The notes beneath the pieces were generated by a model. That model worked only from the letters and a program-made list of their open reading frames with translations. It did not search any database and was not told the origin of the DNA. From positions 522,595 to 586,594 of the forward strand of contig CAVNZM010000016.1 of NCBI GenBank assembly GCA_963693365.1: a stretch of DNA of 64,000 nt, written 5' to 3'. Each line of letters opens with the position of its first letter. Position 1 is the first letter of the stretch. Below are positions 1 to 33,865 of the stretch, one piece after another. The position numbers were made by a program, and so were the translations under genes. The DNA is from Amoebidium appalachense (Eukaryota > Protista > Ichthyosporea).

Positions 1-99
1 CTGGGAGGGATTGTGTCAGATGTGTGATATCATTGAAAGTATAAGATCTCTTTCAAATTCCTCATTCGTTATGAAAATCTGATAGGAAATTCGTAACCC

Positions 100-130
<31 letters not shown>

Positions 131-347
131 AAAAGAAAAAAAGAAAAGAAAGAGAGGGGGAAAAAAACCACAGCCTTCACCACCAAAATACAAACAGACA
201 CACACTTCCCAAATCAAGACTCCATGAATATGTACAGCCGAAAAACGAGGCCAGGGGTTTTCAACCTCCCAACTAGGAACTTAAAGACAACAAGAATGCC
301 AAAGCCTAAGAGCTAGAAGGAACCACAGATGTTAAAGAGGCACCCAC

Positions 348-19437
<19,090 letters not shown>

Positions 19438-19668
19438 CCTCCGAAAGGTGAGGACGGAGATGGGGCTAGCCCACACTGAGGAAGCTCAGAAGCAATGCGC
19501 GAGGTTTCCTAAATGGGTTAAACCTATGCTAACATAACCGGTATTAGGATGATTTTCAGGCGTCCTCTAAGCCAACCCACCCTCTACTTGAAAGGGTGAT
19601 GTTGCCCCGCCACTTTCCTGTAAAAAAAAGTTGAAAAAATACTAGCTCTTGCACACACACACACACCG

Positions 19669-19706
<38 letters not shown>

Positions 19707-20106
19707 GATGTGCTCATTTTGTTGATGTCAGTGCTCCGTACGTGTGCGAAAGCTATAACTGATTGGTTACCGAGTTTAGGTGTAGCCATATCAAGGCATT
19801 GATAGCATCTTCTGATTGGATGTGTCAACGCAAGAAATTGCGCGCCAACTTTCATCCAATCAGCTCAGATTATTGCCTCGATTATGCATTCCTTTCAATT
19901 TTTCTATTTTTAGCTTGACACATCAACAGACAGACAGAGAGACAGTCTCAGACAAATCTCAGAGTGATCGAAGTGGAAAACAAAAACAAGGATTGAGGGA
20001 GGTGCACATAGGGTGAGAAGGGTATCATCTCTAGTGTGAGGGAGGTGCACATAGGGTGAGAAGGGTATCATCTCTAGTGTGTGTTCGCTACTTTCGAGGA
20101 GTAAAT
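19438..20106. promoter_or_regulatory. Probable bidirectional promoter between VWA8 and MED4, containing a direct duplication of about 43 bp
   Basis: Divergent ATGs at 19437 (-) and 20107 (+), 670 bp apart. GGGAGGTGCACATAGGGTGAGAAGGGTATCATCTCTAGTGTG occurs twice at about 19997-20080. Confidence 0.55.
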
Positions 20107-20463
20107 ATGGCGGAGGTAGCACCTGATGCGCCGCTGCGTGCGGTGCTGACGCAACTTCTCGGGGAGTACCGTGAGCTCGTGCAGCGGCTGCTACAGGCCA
20201 CTATGGCGCAGGCGGACGGATCTGCACGTGCAGGCAAGGTGTGTGCGTGTGTGTGTGCGTGTGCGTGTCTGTGTTCGTGAACGCCTGTGCGTTTTCTTTT
20301 ATGGGGGGGTGGGGATGCGCTGTCTTTTTTGTGCGCTTTTGCCTGCGATCTCTCCCTCACGCCCCCGCCCCCCTCCCCCCCCCCCCCCCCACCGGTTTCT
20401 CGCTCCCCCCCCTCCCTCCCTCCAACCCCCCCCCCCCCCCCCCTCCGTCACTCTCTCTCTCTC

Positions 20464-20504
<41 letters not shown>

Positions 20505-21627
20505 GCTCTCTCCCCCCTTCCCCTCCGTCTGTCTGTCACACACGAACCCTTTCTCTCTCTCGCTCTCTATTTGTCTGTCTCTTTCTCCATTTTCTCTCTT
20601 TCTCCCCCCTCTCCCCCCCCCCCCCCTTCCTGCCCCCGGCCTCTTCCCCCACATCTCGATTTCTCGCTCTTTCTTCATTCTTTCAACACACACCCCCCCT
20701 CCCCCCCCCTTCTGCATCCACCTTTTTTCCGGCTCTCTTTTTTCCACTCTCCCTCACTTTCCGTTGTCTTCCCTCCCTCTCTCTCCTGCTTCCCCCCCTC
20801 CTCCCCCCCACCCCACCCCACCCCAACCCTCCCTCCCTCCTTTCCTCTTTCTTCGCTCCCTTTGACACACATACACACACACCCTTTCACCCTCTCCGGC
20901 TCCCTTTCTCGTCTCCCCCCTTCCCCCCTTTCCCCCGTCCCCTTCACTCTCTTTCTCTCTCTCTTTTCCCCAACCTCCCCCCCCCCCCCCCGCCCCTCCC
21001 CCTCCCCTCTTATCCTCCCAACACCCATCTGCCCTGCTTCTGTCCCACATTTGCCCACCACCACCTAAACAATACTAACGTCCCCCCCCCCCCCCCCCCC
21101 CCCCTCTCCTCTCCCTCTCCTCCCCTTTTCTCGCCCCGCTTCCACTTGCCCCCCATCCCTCTCTCCCCAGGGATCGACAGCAGAGGAAGTCATGTCAGAA
21201 ATCATCCAGAAAGACATTCAGGTGCAGGCTGCAGTGAAAGCACGTATGTGCCCCCCTCCCCCCCCCCTCCCTCCCTTCCCTCCCATCCCCCCCCCCCCCC
21301 CCCCCTGCGCCGCCCCCCTCCCCCCCTTAATACAGACACATGCACACACGCTGACACCCCCTCCCCCCCCCCCCCCCCCCCCTTTTCTTGCCCGTCCTTG
21401 CTTAGCACCTCTCTTTTCTGCTTTCGCCTTACTGCTTTAAAAAACATCCCATTCCTTCCCACGTACACACCACCAGCACTACAATCAACCCTTTCCCCTT
21501 TGGCCTCACCTGCCCATTCCCACGTTGCATCACTGCCTTTTTTGTAGATGATCACGAGCTTCATACACTTCCTATGGACTTACCTTCCTGCCACTCCTCC
21601 CCCTCCCCCTCCCCCCGATCCCTCCGG

Positions 21628-21713
<86 letters not shown>

Positions 21714-21971
21714 CCTCCCCCTCCGCCCCCCTTCTCCCCCCCCCCCAAAAAAACAGTTCGTGAACACCAGACAACCCAGCGTAAGATTGCTCTAGTCCAG
21801 GAGGCTATCCGGCAACAAGATGCCGCCATAGTTCAGCTCACGACCCGACTTAAGAAGGCGGAGACAGCTTTGGACTCGACCCTGACGGAGGCAAGAGAAC
21901 TACTAAAGGTTATAAGGAGGGCAGGTAAAGGTAGGTGGGTGGGTGTGGGTGGGCGTTTTTTTGGGGGGGGA

Positions 21972-22002
<31 letters not shown>

Positions 22003-23491
22003 GGGCAGGAAAAAGGGGAGTTGGGGAGGTGTGTGTGTGTGGGGGGGGGGGGGGGGGGGGGGGGGAGGCGGAAGGTTGAGGGAATGGGAGGGAGCACTAG
22101 GATGGTGGGGGGAGGTGAGGGGAGGGTGCTACCCAATGGAGGAATAATGGTTCTTGTGGTCTTTTGAATTTTCGGACATTGTGTTGTGAATGTGTAATTC
22201 GTAGGCTGTAAGGCCTTCTAACCCCCCCCCCTCCCCCCCCCCCCCCCCCCCCAGCTTCCCCCTCTCTTCCTCCCTCCCTCTGTCCGTCTTTCCCTCCCTT
22301 CCTTCCTTCCTCCCTCCCTCTGTCCGTCTTTCCCTCCCTTCCTTCCTTCCTCCCTCCCTCTGTCCGTCTTTCCCTCCCTTCCTTCCTCCCTCCCTCCCTC
22401 TTTCCCTCCCTCTCCCTCGCCCCCCTACCCGTCTCTCTAGGTCGCACCCCCTCCCCCCCCCCCCCCCCCCCCCCGGAGGATGGGCTCTGCTTATTATGTA
22501 TAATCTTCGTGTGTGGTTTGCATTCTAATTTGTGTTCTCCGTCGTGAGCATGTATTTGTAACACATCCTAACCCCTCCCCCCTTCCCCTCCCCCTCCTCC
22601 TCCCTCGCCCCCCCCTCCAGCTGCCGTTGATCCCAACGATCTAGTGACGTATGCCGGCATGGCTTCATACACCGTGGCCCCACCACCAGACAGGCCCGAA
22701 GGACCCCTGGGCCCATTCAGGTGTGTGCGTTAATGCTAGTGTGTGGTTTGATGTGTGTGCTTTAATGCTAGTGTGTGGTTTTATGTGTGCTTGCTAAAGC
22801 GTAGCATGTTGCTTCATAGCATATGGGTTTCCCGGGTGTTTAGAAACCGTAACAGCATAACTATTTTCTTTCTATATATGGCAGTATACATGGATATAAA
22901 TATCCTAAAGAAAAGAGATCGACCGGTAGTGGTCGTGATATGTGATTTCGGGATGACATCTTGATGTGGTCTATATATCATGTTTACGTAATGCTGCAAA
23001 ATTCTGACTTATACCTGACTTGGCATGTGGTTTCTTTGTGTGCTTGAATGTCGTGTTGGTAGTTAATGGACGACGTACACCGCTTGTTGACACCCAACTC
23101 CCCCCCCCCCCCCACCGCTTGTTGACACCCAACTCCCCCCCCCCCCCTTTGCACACACATCTTCACCGTTTTGCTCACCTTGCTTGCATAAGCAACCCTG
23201 CTCGTCTTTGATCAAGACGGGTTGACCCACCCAAGTTCAGTTGATGCTGCTGTCTGGGTTGGAGCGTCGTATATACGTGGGCTAAGGGGTCGAAACTCAG
23301 ACGCAATTGATGACTTGGGCCCTCCCTGAGGATGGGCTCTGCTTATGACGCATACTGTGCGCATGGCTGATGCTGCATACTTGAATGTTTGCCTTTGCAT
23401 GTGTCCTGCATCATGCTTCTCATCGTCTATGCGTACTTCGTACTGTGTTCCGCATTCAAACCCCCCCCCCCCCCCCCCCCCCCCGCACACG

Positions 23492-23539
<48 letters not shown>

Positions 23540-23541
23540 GT

Positions 23542-23589
<48 letters not shown>

Positions 23590-23669
23590 CTGCCTCTCTC
23601 TCTCTACCTCTTTGCACACACAAACACATGTGCGCAGGTGCGTGCGCGCACACACACACACACACACAC

Positions 23670-23745
<76 letters not shown>

Positions 23746-23776
23746 TGCACACACATGCACATACATGCACACACAT

Positions 23777-23819
<43 letters not shown>

Positions 23820-23841
23820 CACACACACACATGCACACACA

Positions 23842-23910
<69 letters not shown>

Positions 23911-24034
23911 TCGCACTCATGTGTGCACGAGTACACACATGCGCAACACACACGTGCGCAACACACACATGTGGGCGCCCGCAAGCACACATGCGCACGC
24001 GCAGGCATGCACACACGGACACACACACACACAC

Positions 24035-24099
<65 letters not shown>

Positions 24100-24261
24100 G
24101 GGGCCTACCCCGAAGATCCCCGATGGAAATGTGGTCGCATGTCTCTCTGGGAGAGCATTGGTAACCACCCCCCCCCCCCCCCCCCCCCCTCCCCCCCGGG
24201 GGGCGGTGCATGAATCTCTCCCGTCACACAGCAAAAGCATATATTTTCGTTTTCCCTTGTA

Positions 24262-24320
<59 letters not shown>

Positions 24321-24406
24321 CCCCCCCCCCCCCCCCCCCCTGCCCCTCCCAACTGTCCCCTACACATGCACATCTTTGCGTGTTAACTATTTGTAGTCAT
24401 TCGCCC

Positions 24407-24438
<32 letters not shown>

Positions 24439-24483
24439 ACCCCCTTTCCCTCTCCCCCTTTCAGCACCAGTCCACACACAAAC

Positions 24484-24525
<42 letters not shown>

Positions 24526-24711
24526 TTTCTCCCCAAAATCGAGGCAAAAACCTGCACACACAAACATACATGTGTGCGAGCACACCTTGACTCCATTTGC
24601 TCTCGTTCTCCTTACTTGTGGTTGCTCTTGTGCCTTAATAGTCAATGGACATAGAGTAAACTTGAGCACCCCCCACGTACTCTCACTCACTCGCTTACTC
24701 ATTCACTCACT

Positions 24712-24757
<46 letters not shown>

Positions 24758-24888
24758 CTCCTTCGAGGCACCCATTATTCCTGTGGGCACGGCTCAGTCT
24801 CTCTCTTCAGCCGCAACACCCATCCCTGGTACCCGCCCGCAAGTAGGAGTACCCCCTCCCCCCCCCCCCCCCCCGCCCCTCCCGCCAC

Positions 24889-24983
<95 letters not shown>

Positions 24984-25288
24984 ACCTCTCCCTCCCTCGC
25001 CCCTACCCCCTCCCCCTGCCCTCCCCGCGCACGTGAGCACTCTGTGTATGTGTGTATACAGGTTCAGTACATTCCGTCATGAATGTTGTGATTCGCACTC
25101 TTCCAACGCACTTGAACCCCCCCCCCCCCCCCCCCCCTCTCTCTCTCTCATCCCCTCCCCTCTATCATGCATCCTACTGCTTGCTGATGTGTGTGTGCTG
25201 TTATCTTGCAAAAACTCAGTGTTTTGTCCATCGGTGAACATGCACCTAGCACTCTGCAACACATTCTAATGCCCCCCCCCCCCCCCCT

Positions 25289-25319
<31 letters not shown>

Positions 25320-26547
25320 TCCCCCCCCCCTCTTTACTTCCATGCAACCGGGCATGGTTGCTCTGTGTCGTGCATCTGTAAGCACATACGCATTTTTCGC
25401 TGCACTGCATTAGTTTGCACACACATCTTCACCGTTTTGCTCACCTTGCTTGCATAAGCAACCCTGCTCGTCTTTGATCAAGACGGGTTGACCCGCCCAA
25501 GTTCAGTTGATGCTCTGCTGTTCGAGTTGGAGCATCGTATATACGCGGGCTAAGGGGTCGAAACTTGAAAGCAATTGTTAGACGCATACTGTGCGCATGG
25601 CTGATGTTGCATACTTGAATGTTTGCCTTTGCATGTGTCCTGCACCATGCTTCTCGTCGTGTATGCGTACTTCGTACCGTGTTCCGCATTCAACCCCCCC
25701 CCCCCCCCCCCCTCCCCCAGGATGGGCTCTACTTATTTCGCATACTGCACGTGTTGTTGATGTTGCATACTTCAATGTTTGCCTTTGCGTATGTCCTGCA
25801 CCATGTTTTTCAACGTTTATTTTTGCCTCCTTTCGTATTCCACATTCTAACCCCCCCCCACCATCCCCCCTGTACACCGCTCTCCCCTCCCCCTCTCCCT
25901 CGGCGTTTATTTGTGGTGGCATAGGTACTCCCCCTGATGATGGGCACTGCACAGATGTTTCTGATGCGGTTTTGTTTTGAGGCTTTTTGATCTTGTTGCC
26001 TTCCTTTCATGCACTCTTCCATGCATACATCCCCCTCTCCCAGGGGTTATGAAGTTCGTTCGGTGGAGATGATGTGGTCCTTTGTTTTGCTCTCTCCTGT
26101 TGTACTCTTGTGTCACCCCCCCACCCCCCCCCCCCCCCCCCCCACCCCCACCCCCAGCCCCCACTCCCAAAAGAAGAGATTATAAGGCGAAGAAGGGAGA
26201 GGAAGGGGGGAGGGGGGGGGGGGGGGGGGGGTTGAAGAAACACCCACTCACATGCACAGATAGAAAACCCAATGTTATGCACGAGCACGCATACACACGT
26301 GGACACACACATACCCTTTTCGTCCATCTTTCTTATCCCTTTCTTCCCCCCCTGAATGTTTGCCTTTGCATGTGTCCTGCACCATGCTTCTCGTCGTGTA
26401 TGCGTACTTTGTACCGTGTTCCGCATTCAAACCCCCCCCCCCCCCCCCCAGATGCGTATGCCTGCCCCCCAGCCAATCGAAGAAGAGCCAACGGAGCAAG
26501 TCGATCTCGACCTATCAGGTTCCTCCGATGAGTCCGATATGGATTGA
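20107..26547 (+). CDS. MED4: Mediator of RNA polymerase II transcription subunit 4
   Basis: Exons 20107-20238, 21171-21243, 21757-21924 (or -21930), 22621-22720, 24099-24160, 24757-24842 and 26452-26547 join in phase. The protein has a coiled coil (EAIRQQDAAIVQLTTRLKKAETALDSTL), VDPNDLVTYAGMASYTVAPP, GAYPEDPRWKCG and an acidic tail LDLSGSSDESDMD*, the typical Med4 layout. Confidence 0.85.
22254..22410. repeat. Pyrimidine-rich approx. 39-bp tandem repeat, 3 copies
   Basis: CCCTCCCTCTGTCCGTCTTTCCCTCCCTTCCTTCCTTCCT repeated within a MED4 intron. Confidence 0.8.
23152..23460 (-). mobile_element. Poly-G-anchored repeat subfamily A, truncated copy
   Basis: Reverse complement of 14981-15290. It ends ...CCGCATTCAAA followed by a C-run on plus. 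Confidence 0.85.
25331..26431 (-). mobile_element. Cluster of four poly-G-anchored repeat copies (25331-25693, 25718-25850, approx. 25900-26030, 26353-26431)
   Basis: The copies end in CATTC(A/T)AA+C-run and/or carry the GATGGGC(T/A)CT core on plus. All are in the same orientation, separated by C-runs. Confidence 0.8.
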
Positions 26548-26962
26548 AATTTCATGTTAGACCCCCTAACACTGGAATTTCGTTTTGGACCCTCTACTGG
26601 TATACACATGTGTCCATCAGATTGCTCCGGTAATGATATGAACTGAAATTTCATGTTGGTCCCCCCCCCTACCTTAGACCCCCTTGAACTTACGTTTCGT
26701 GTTGGACCCTCTGTTGGTAGGGACAATATTCTCAGATTGCTTCGATGAGTAAGATGTGGACTGAAATTTTATGTTGAACCCCCGTCCCCCCCCCCTTCCC
26801 GGGCCCGCCGACGTGAATTTGCACCGGTATCTTTATGTGCATTAATTGATGTAGTTTGAATGAATGTATACGTAGTGCGCAAAGCACAAACACGCCCGCA
26901 CATGATAATGTAACTAAGTGTTGGGATTCTGTGGCTTGTTTGTTTGTGTGCTGGTGGTTGTG

Positions 26963-27004
<42 letters not shown>

Positions 27005-27226
27005 GGGGGGGGGGGGGGGGGGGGGGGAGGGGGGGGAGGGGGGGGGGGGGGGAGGGGGGGAGGGGGGGGTAAAACTGGCATGTATGAATGGAGAAACAAA
27101 ATGCCACATAAGACTCTCCCTGTGGGGGACTCGTAGCTGAACACAGTAACAGTGTGCACAAATATAATGGCTTGTAGGACTGCCACAAAGAGTCCTGTCG
27201 GGCCCCCCACCCCAACCCCAACCCCA

Positions 27227-27365
<139 letters not shown>

Positions 27366-28558
27366 GACACCAGCTGGCCCAAATGTTAGGCCCAGCTACT
27401 GCGCCTACTTTAAATTGAATGCGAATTTTGAACGCAACAGAGAAACTCGTTTGGCCGACAGTGTTCTCGTATTTAGGTGGATATAACATAGAGCAACTCA
27501 GCTAGAGCTAGCCATGCCAGGTTCAAGTCTTGGAGATTCTATCTCTGACTGGAACTATCACGCGTGCAGGTTATAACCAAGTAATAAAGGGGGTTTCCTT
27601 TAGGCCGATGGGGCCCCATTCCAGCACATCCGGGTCAAGCCAATTGTTTGGCATAAAAATCATGATATGAACTGCAATCTTCTATCTAACGCTTTATTAT
27701 TACTATTCCATTCTGTATTTTTTTTTTTCCCCCTTTTCTTTTTCTTTTTTGTTGTACTATTTTGCATTTGTACCTTGCTGCCGGCAAAACGATGGTGCGC
27801 AGTTGATGCGCAGCACGCCAATCATATAGCTAGAATCCCCTCTGACCCGACCCGGCCCGAAAAGCTAAAAGAAACCCCTTTTGATTGAAAGAAACAACTT
27901 GATAAAAAACTGATGCATATAAAAGGAGAATGTGCATGTGTGGGATAATTACACGGTTTAATAAAAGATGTTTTGAGCAATCAAAGGGATAACTGTCCCT
28001 CCCGTGCGTGTACATATGCTTATCATGACCAGTAATACTGTGTTTTCCACTTGTCTACGGCCATGGTGCACACTGCACTTATCTTGAACTTATGATATAC
28101 ATATATCAAACGAGTGTATTACAATTGCAAGCAGGACTATAAGAGTTATAATCAACCTAATCTATTGCGATATGCCAAATGTGAAAAGGGTAAAAGCCCC
28201 CGTAGCTTGTTCACAATATGCATGATATGTGCAACATCTATCGACATATAGTAGCGAGATCTAGACCAATCCGGTATGAGTAGGAGATATATCATATGAT
28301 GTGTTAGGGACAGATATGTGCGGTGGTTTGCAAAGACCCACTCTTTGCAAACCACGAGCCAATAGGAAATTGCTAATAAATTTTCAGATTGCTAATCACG
28401 GGATAGTTGCCACCGAGAGTTGCCCCTATGGGTAAAAATTTGGCTAATAGGAGTCCCGTCTCACACAACACATAATATTAATACTGTCACACAAAGTAAT
28501 ATCTATGATAGTGTGCAGTGGCCTTCTCCACCCTCCATATGCATTCTTTCTCCACCTT

Positions 28559-28643
28559 TCACACATTCTGATTGGTCGCCTTGGCACATTCATTTTTGTG
28601 GCCGGCCTTCCAATGGGCAACCTGGCAGTCCCGCCCACAGTAC
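28559..28643 (-). CDS. Terminal exon encoding the C-terminal half of a MYND zinc finger (upstream exons unresolved, possibly 29545-29810 and 28940-29037)
   Basis: CACGTGCAG|G TAC TGT GGG CGG GAC TGC CAG... gives YCGRDCQVAHWKAGHKNECAKATNQNV*, matching the MYND pattern YC-x3-CQ-x2-HW-x3-HK-x2-C. Confidence 0.65.
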
Positions 28644-28847
28644 CTGCACGTGACCAGAACCATATTAGGAAAGGAGGTTACCATTTTAGGAAAAGAGGTC
28701 ACCGTATTAGGAAAAAGGGTCACCATATTAGGAAAAGGGGCCTGTGATGGCTGGCTAGGGCGGGGATGGTGTACTTAAATGGATCTTACGCATGAAAACA
28801 TGCCGCGAGGGGACGGAGGGAGGCCGGTCAGGCCGGCGAGAGGGGAA

Positions 28848-28888
<41 letters not shown>

Positions 28889-29256
28889 GTGGGGGGGGGG
28901 GGGGGGGGGGGGGAGGGGGGGGGAGGGGGGGGGAAATTACGTGGTATGAGGTCACAGTTTTCGCCCCTTCGTCGAACATTTTCGTCATGGCCTGCCGGAG
29001 CTCGGTTACTGCAGGGCTGGATGCATGGGTCAGCACTGCAGCCCGAAACAGAGCACTTGCGCATGCATGCGTTAACGTAATTATTTGGCGCTAGCATGTG
29101 TTGAGCACTTGGATGTGTAACAGTAGAGCACAGGCATTTGTTAGCTATAGGGCACTCGGGGGGGGGGGGGGGGGGGGGGGGGGGGAGGAGGAGGGGGAGG
29201 ATGGGGGGAGGGGCGGCTCGGCCGCGAGGGGGGGGGGGGGGGGGGGGGGGAGGGGG

Positions 29257-29329
<73 letters not shown>

Positions 29330-30821
29330 AGCGCGCACACACACACGTGCACACATGCAGACATACAGACATCGAGAAGCCGTTCCCGAAAAAGTAGTCC
29401 ATTTATTGAGCTCAAAAACCAAGCCGAACAAAAAACCAGCAGCATGCCGTGAAAACAAGTCCTCCCTCCCCGGTAGGCTCGGAAGATCTGATGGCAATAT
29501 GCATGAGGGGGAGATAGCCATGTGGAAAGGCAGAAATAGGCAAGGACATTATATCGATGCATACCATTCTTGTCATGTTGTGATCCACGGCCGGCTAATT
29601 CCTTCATGACGGCCATCATACCATGCAGGGCATTTGCCACCCGGGCAACTTCCGGAATCACCCCACGTGCTTCGAGTGAATGGGCTCGAGGCACAACTTG
29701 CGCCATGATAAACTGTCTCGTCCACTTTACACCTTGGTTCGGTATAAACTCCTTTAGTTCCGTGACACACGAGTCCAAGTTAGTATGTTTGTATGATACG
29801 GGACCAGGTCTCTCTCTACTACACGGAATGTGTGTGTATGCGTGTGCCGGTGTGCGTGTGTGTGACATGTGTGTGTTCCCCCTCCCCTCCCTTTCTCCTC
29901 CCTTGTGGGGGGCATGGGCCTTTAATAATCTACAGACATATCCTGCAGCACATTTACTCTGGGCCTAGGTGTACGCGTGTTTTGCTCTCTGCATAATATC
30001 TGCTTTCATGATATTTGACCATAATTTTTGTAGTTACTGTAAAGCATCCTAATAATGAAAATAACACCCCCTCGCTCCCCCCCCCCCCCCCCCCCCCGGC
30101 CTGGCCACCCCAAACACACGTTCACGCACAACTGTTACACAAACACACCACGCACACGCACACACAAATGTACACACACACACACGCACTGAAGCGCACA
30201 TGCTTGTGTGTACGTCTGTGTGTGCGTGCGTGCGCTTGTGTGTGTGTGTATTATTATGTGTGTACATATCACACCTCACAGATACATGCCCCCACAGAGC
30301 TAGGCTCATAAGTCCGGCAAGCACATGCTTTTTCAAATACTCCGCATACTGATATATTTCCCCGTGTGGTGATTCATTTACGCTTCATTCAGTTTATACA
30401 ATAATTCTCCATTGCAGTGGGTACGTGATATTGAAATTTCCCGTGGTTGGTTGGTATTTTATCCCATTTAACTATTAGTTAGATATTATATGAGAAGCAA
30501 CAGCTAAACAGAAACGTTTGAACCGAAATCATCAAAATATATATTTCTCGGACATCCATTTCCTGGGCTGCTAGCGCTATTAAAGAAATGTCAAATTCAT
30601 ACGCATACACCCCATAAATTCTACATATTATGTTCTGTGTATACTGCGCTTGCACATTACAAACCGCATATTTTAAAAACTGTCTGCCCAAACATACACA
30701 ACGTGTGTGTTTGGCACCAATCAACCTGTCACCGTGTATTGTCATGGTACAGTCACACGTGACCACACTATCATGTGTATGCGTACAACACTTTCCATAC
30801 TGTCAGGGGGGAGAAAAAAAA

Positions 30822-33202
30822 CTAGCAATATCCCTCGTTCTCTTCCCCCACCTTCGGTCCCAGGGCCTCTACCGTTAACTCCGGTGCCTTCACACCTTCC
30901 ATATTAAGAAGTGTATTTTCTTCGACCCCCCCTTCACTTTCCTTACCACTGTTTTCTCCCTCTCCCGTCCCCCCCTCCACCCCCCCCAACCCTTCCATTT
31001 CCATTCTCGTTTTCGTTTTTTCAGAACTACTACCATCGACGCTTGATTTTCCCGATGGCGAATGTAGCGACGGGGACATGATCCCCTTTTTCTGCCTTTC
31101 CAATGCCGCCGCTTCCTGTTTCAGTAATCGAAGAGATTCCTCCATCTTTTTTACGAATTCCTCCTTGTCCGGCCCTTCTAGGGTCTCTGCCAATTCCTCA
31201 ATTTGCGCGCGTAAATCTTGCTCGCTCTGCGTGCTCATCTCGATCCGCTTCCACCCAGGCGACGGCGGCGCCTCCAGACTCCCCTTCTTTACCTTCCTCC
31301 AGATTGACCAATTGCGGCTTGCCTTTAACCACCCTAAACCCGTATTTGGCGTACGGGTTCGCCTTTTCAAATTCCTCTTTTTCCCGCATTTTCTGCATCC
31401 GCAACCGTTGCAAATGTCTGACCAAATCGTCCCTCACCTTATACCCTTCAAACTGCATGAGGATACTCCCTTCCGAAGTCGTAAGTTGCAACTGCTGATC
31501 TCCGATTTTCTTAATCAATTTTGCGTTTCCTAGGCATAAGCTTTCAACCACGGCACCCGTATGTTCTATTATTAGAAACGTAGCCGAAGCCAAATCGGCA
31601 ACCCCAATACTCTGCTGCCAGAAATTAAAACCCAATCTGTTTTTTCGCTGAACGAGAAGAAACGACGCCCAAATTTCCTTCTTGTGCAATCGATCGGCAA
31701 TCTGATTCGCCCAGACATTTTCAAACCCCGCGATTACCTGCGATCCGACCTGCTCGCCCAAAGTCTGCCGTGTTTTCGTTACTAGCGGTTGAAAAAGTGA
31801 TGTAAAACCCCCCCTCTGTCGTGTTGCGGGTTTTGTAATTCCCGGGTTTTGCGGTGATGATGGTGGGGAAGCGGCGGCGGCGGCGGCGGCTGGTGCGTCA
31901 GAGGAACCGGAGGGGGGATCTGTTACTGGCGAGGGGGGTGCATGTTCTGTTTCCGGTGCAGGGGTAGGTGTGGGCGAAGATTCTGGTGCTTCCTCGGCTT
32001 TCTGTGAAGTTGTGAATGGGGGGGGGGGGGGGGGGGGGGGAGGGGGGGAGGGGGGGGGGGGAGGGGGATGGTGTGTTAGATATGTATTGGGTGAGGGTGT
32101 ATGTTACCTATGTCTTCAGTGACGTTGTTGTGATGACAATGTACATGTGTGTGTGTGCAAGGAGAGAAGAGAGTGTTTGTATGTTGGTGGTGGTGGTGGT
32201 GGGGAGGGGAGGGAAGGGAAGGGGGGGGTTGAGTGCGGAACACGGTACGAAGTACGCATACACGACGAGAAGCATGGTGCAGGACACATGCAAAGGCAAA
32301 CATTCAAGTATGCAACATTAGCCATGCGTCATAAGCAGAGCCCATCCTCAGGGAGGGCCCAAGTCATCAATTGCGTCTGAGTTTCGACCCCTTAGCCCGC
32401 GTATATACAGGGAAGGGAGGGGGGGGGGGGGGGGGGATGTGTTACAGGGCACGAAGCACACATCTAGACGGATAAGACAATGCAGAAATGCAGCGGACAC
32501 AGAAAGGGCATGCTTCATAGGCAGAGGCCATTCTCTGGGGCAGGGTGGGTGGGTGGGTGGGGGTGGAGGGAGGGAGGGGGGAAGGGGAGGGGGAGGGGGG
32601 GGGAGGGGGGGATGCAATATTAAGTGCACGCAGTATGCATTCATGACGGACAACAAAATGCAGAGTGCAAACAACACATATGGGTATACATAATAAGCAT
32701 AGTCAATCCTCAAACGCGGCCCAAGTCATACCAAAATGCCAGAGCTTCGGCCTATGCTCCAGGAGGGGGGAGGGGGGAGGAGGGGGGTAGGATAAGGTAC
32801 ACAGTACGAAGCACAGATACACATTGAGAAACACAGGTCAAGACAGAGGCAAAATCAAACATCCAAGTATGGAACATCAGCAAAACACAGTATGCAAGAG
32901 TAGAACATATCCTCACGAGGGTTTCGGGGGGGGAGGGGGGGAGGGGGGGGGGGGGGGGGGGAGGGGGGAGGATGTGTGTGCAGGTTAGATATATGTAGGC
33001 ATTCAAGTGAGCTGGGTGCCCCCAACGTGTGAATGCGTGCCGCAGGCAGTAGGGAGAGAAGGAGAGTTGGGAGGGCGTGGGGACTTGGAGCAGGGGGGAG
33101 GGGGGTATCCTAGAAAAATTCAAACGCCGCAAGCCAAAGGGAGGGATCTCGGGCAAAAAGGGGGAGGAGAAGGGGGGAGGGGGGGGAGGGGTAAGGATCA
33201 GT

Positions 33203-33261
<59 letters not shown>

Positions 33262-33834
33262 ATAAGAGGACCAAAACAAGAATCAGAAACCAGAAAAACA
33301 TGCAGGCAGAGACACTAAAAGCACAGTGGAGGAGGGGGCTGGCGGAAGGGGGGTATGGGGGGGGGGACGAAGCGGTACACACTAATGTGCACGGATTCAC
33401 AACTGCTTTACTGGGAAAGGGATGTGCAAATGTCCAATGAAGGAGTCCACAAGAAGCACACGTGCAACGTATATAGAGTGCATCCTTAGAAGAAGCCCAA
33501 GCAATCGACAGCACCCGAGTTGAGGGGGTTCAGGGGGGAGGGAGGGGGTTGGATGGGTAGTGGAAGGGGGGGGGGGGGGGGGGGGGGGTAAGAGTACGGA
33601 ACACGGTACGAAGTACAATGACAAGATGAGAAGCACGGTGTAGGACACAGGCAAGGGCAAACACTCAAGTACGCAACATCAGCAACATTCGGGGGGGGGG
33701 GGGAGGGAAGGAAGGCAATAGGACTCGTTTTATATATAGAGGCTCTATACGAAATGGTTATCTTCTAACACCCAGATAGTAAACGGATGTAAAGAAAAAA
33801 ACCCAGACCTACCATATTGAAGACCATGCGTCGA

Positions 33835-33865
<31 letters not shown>

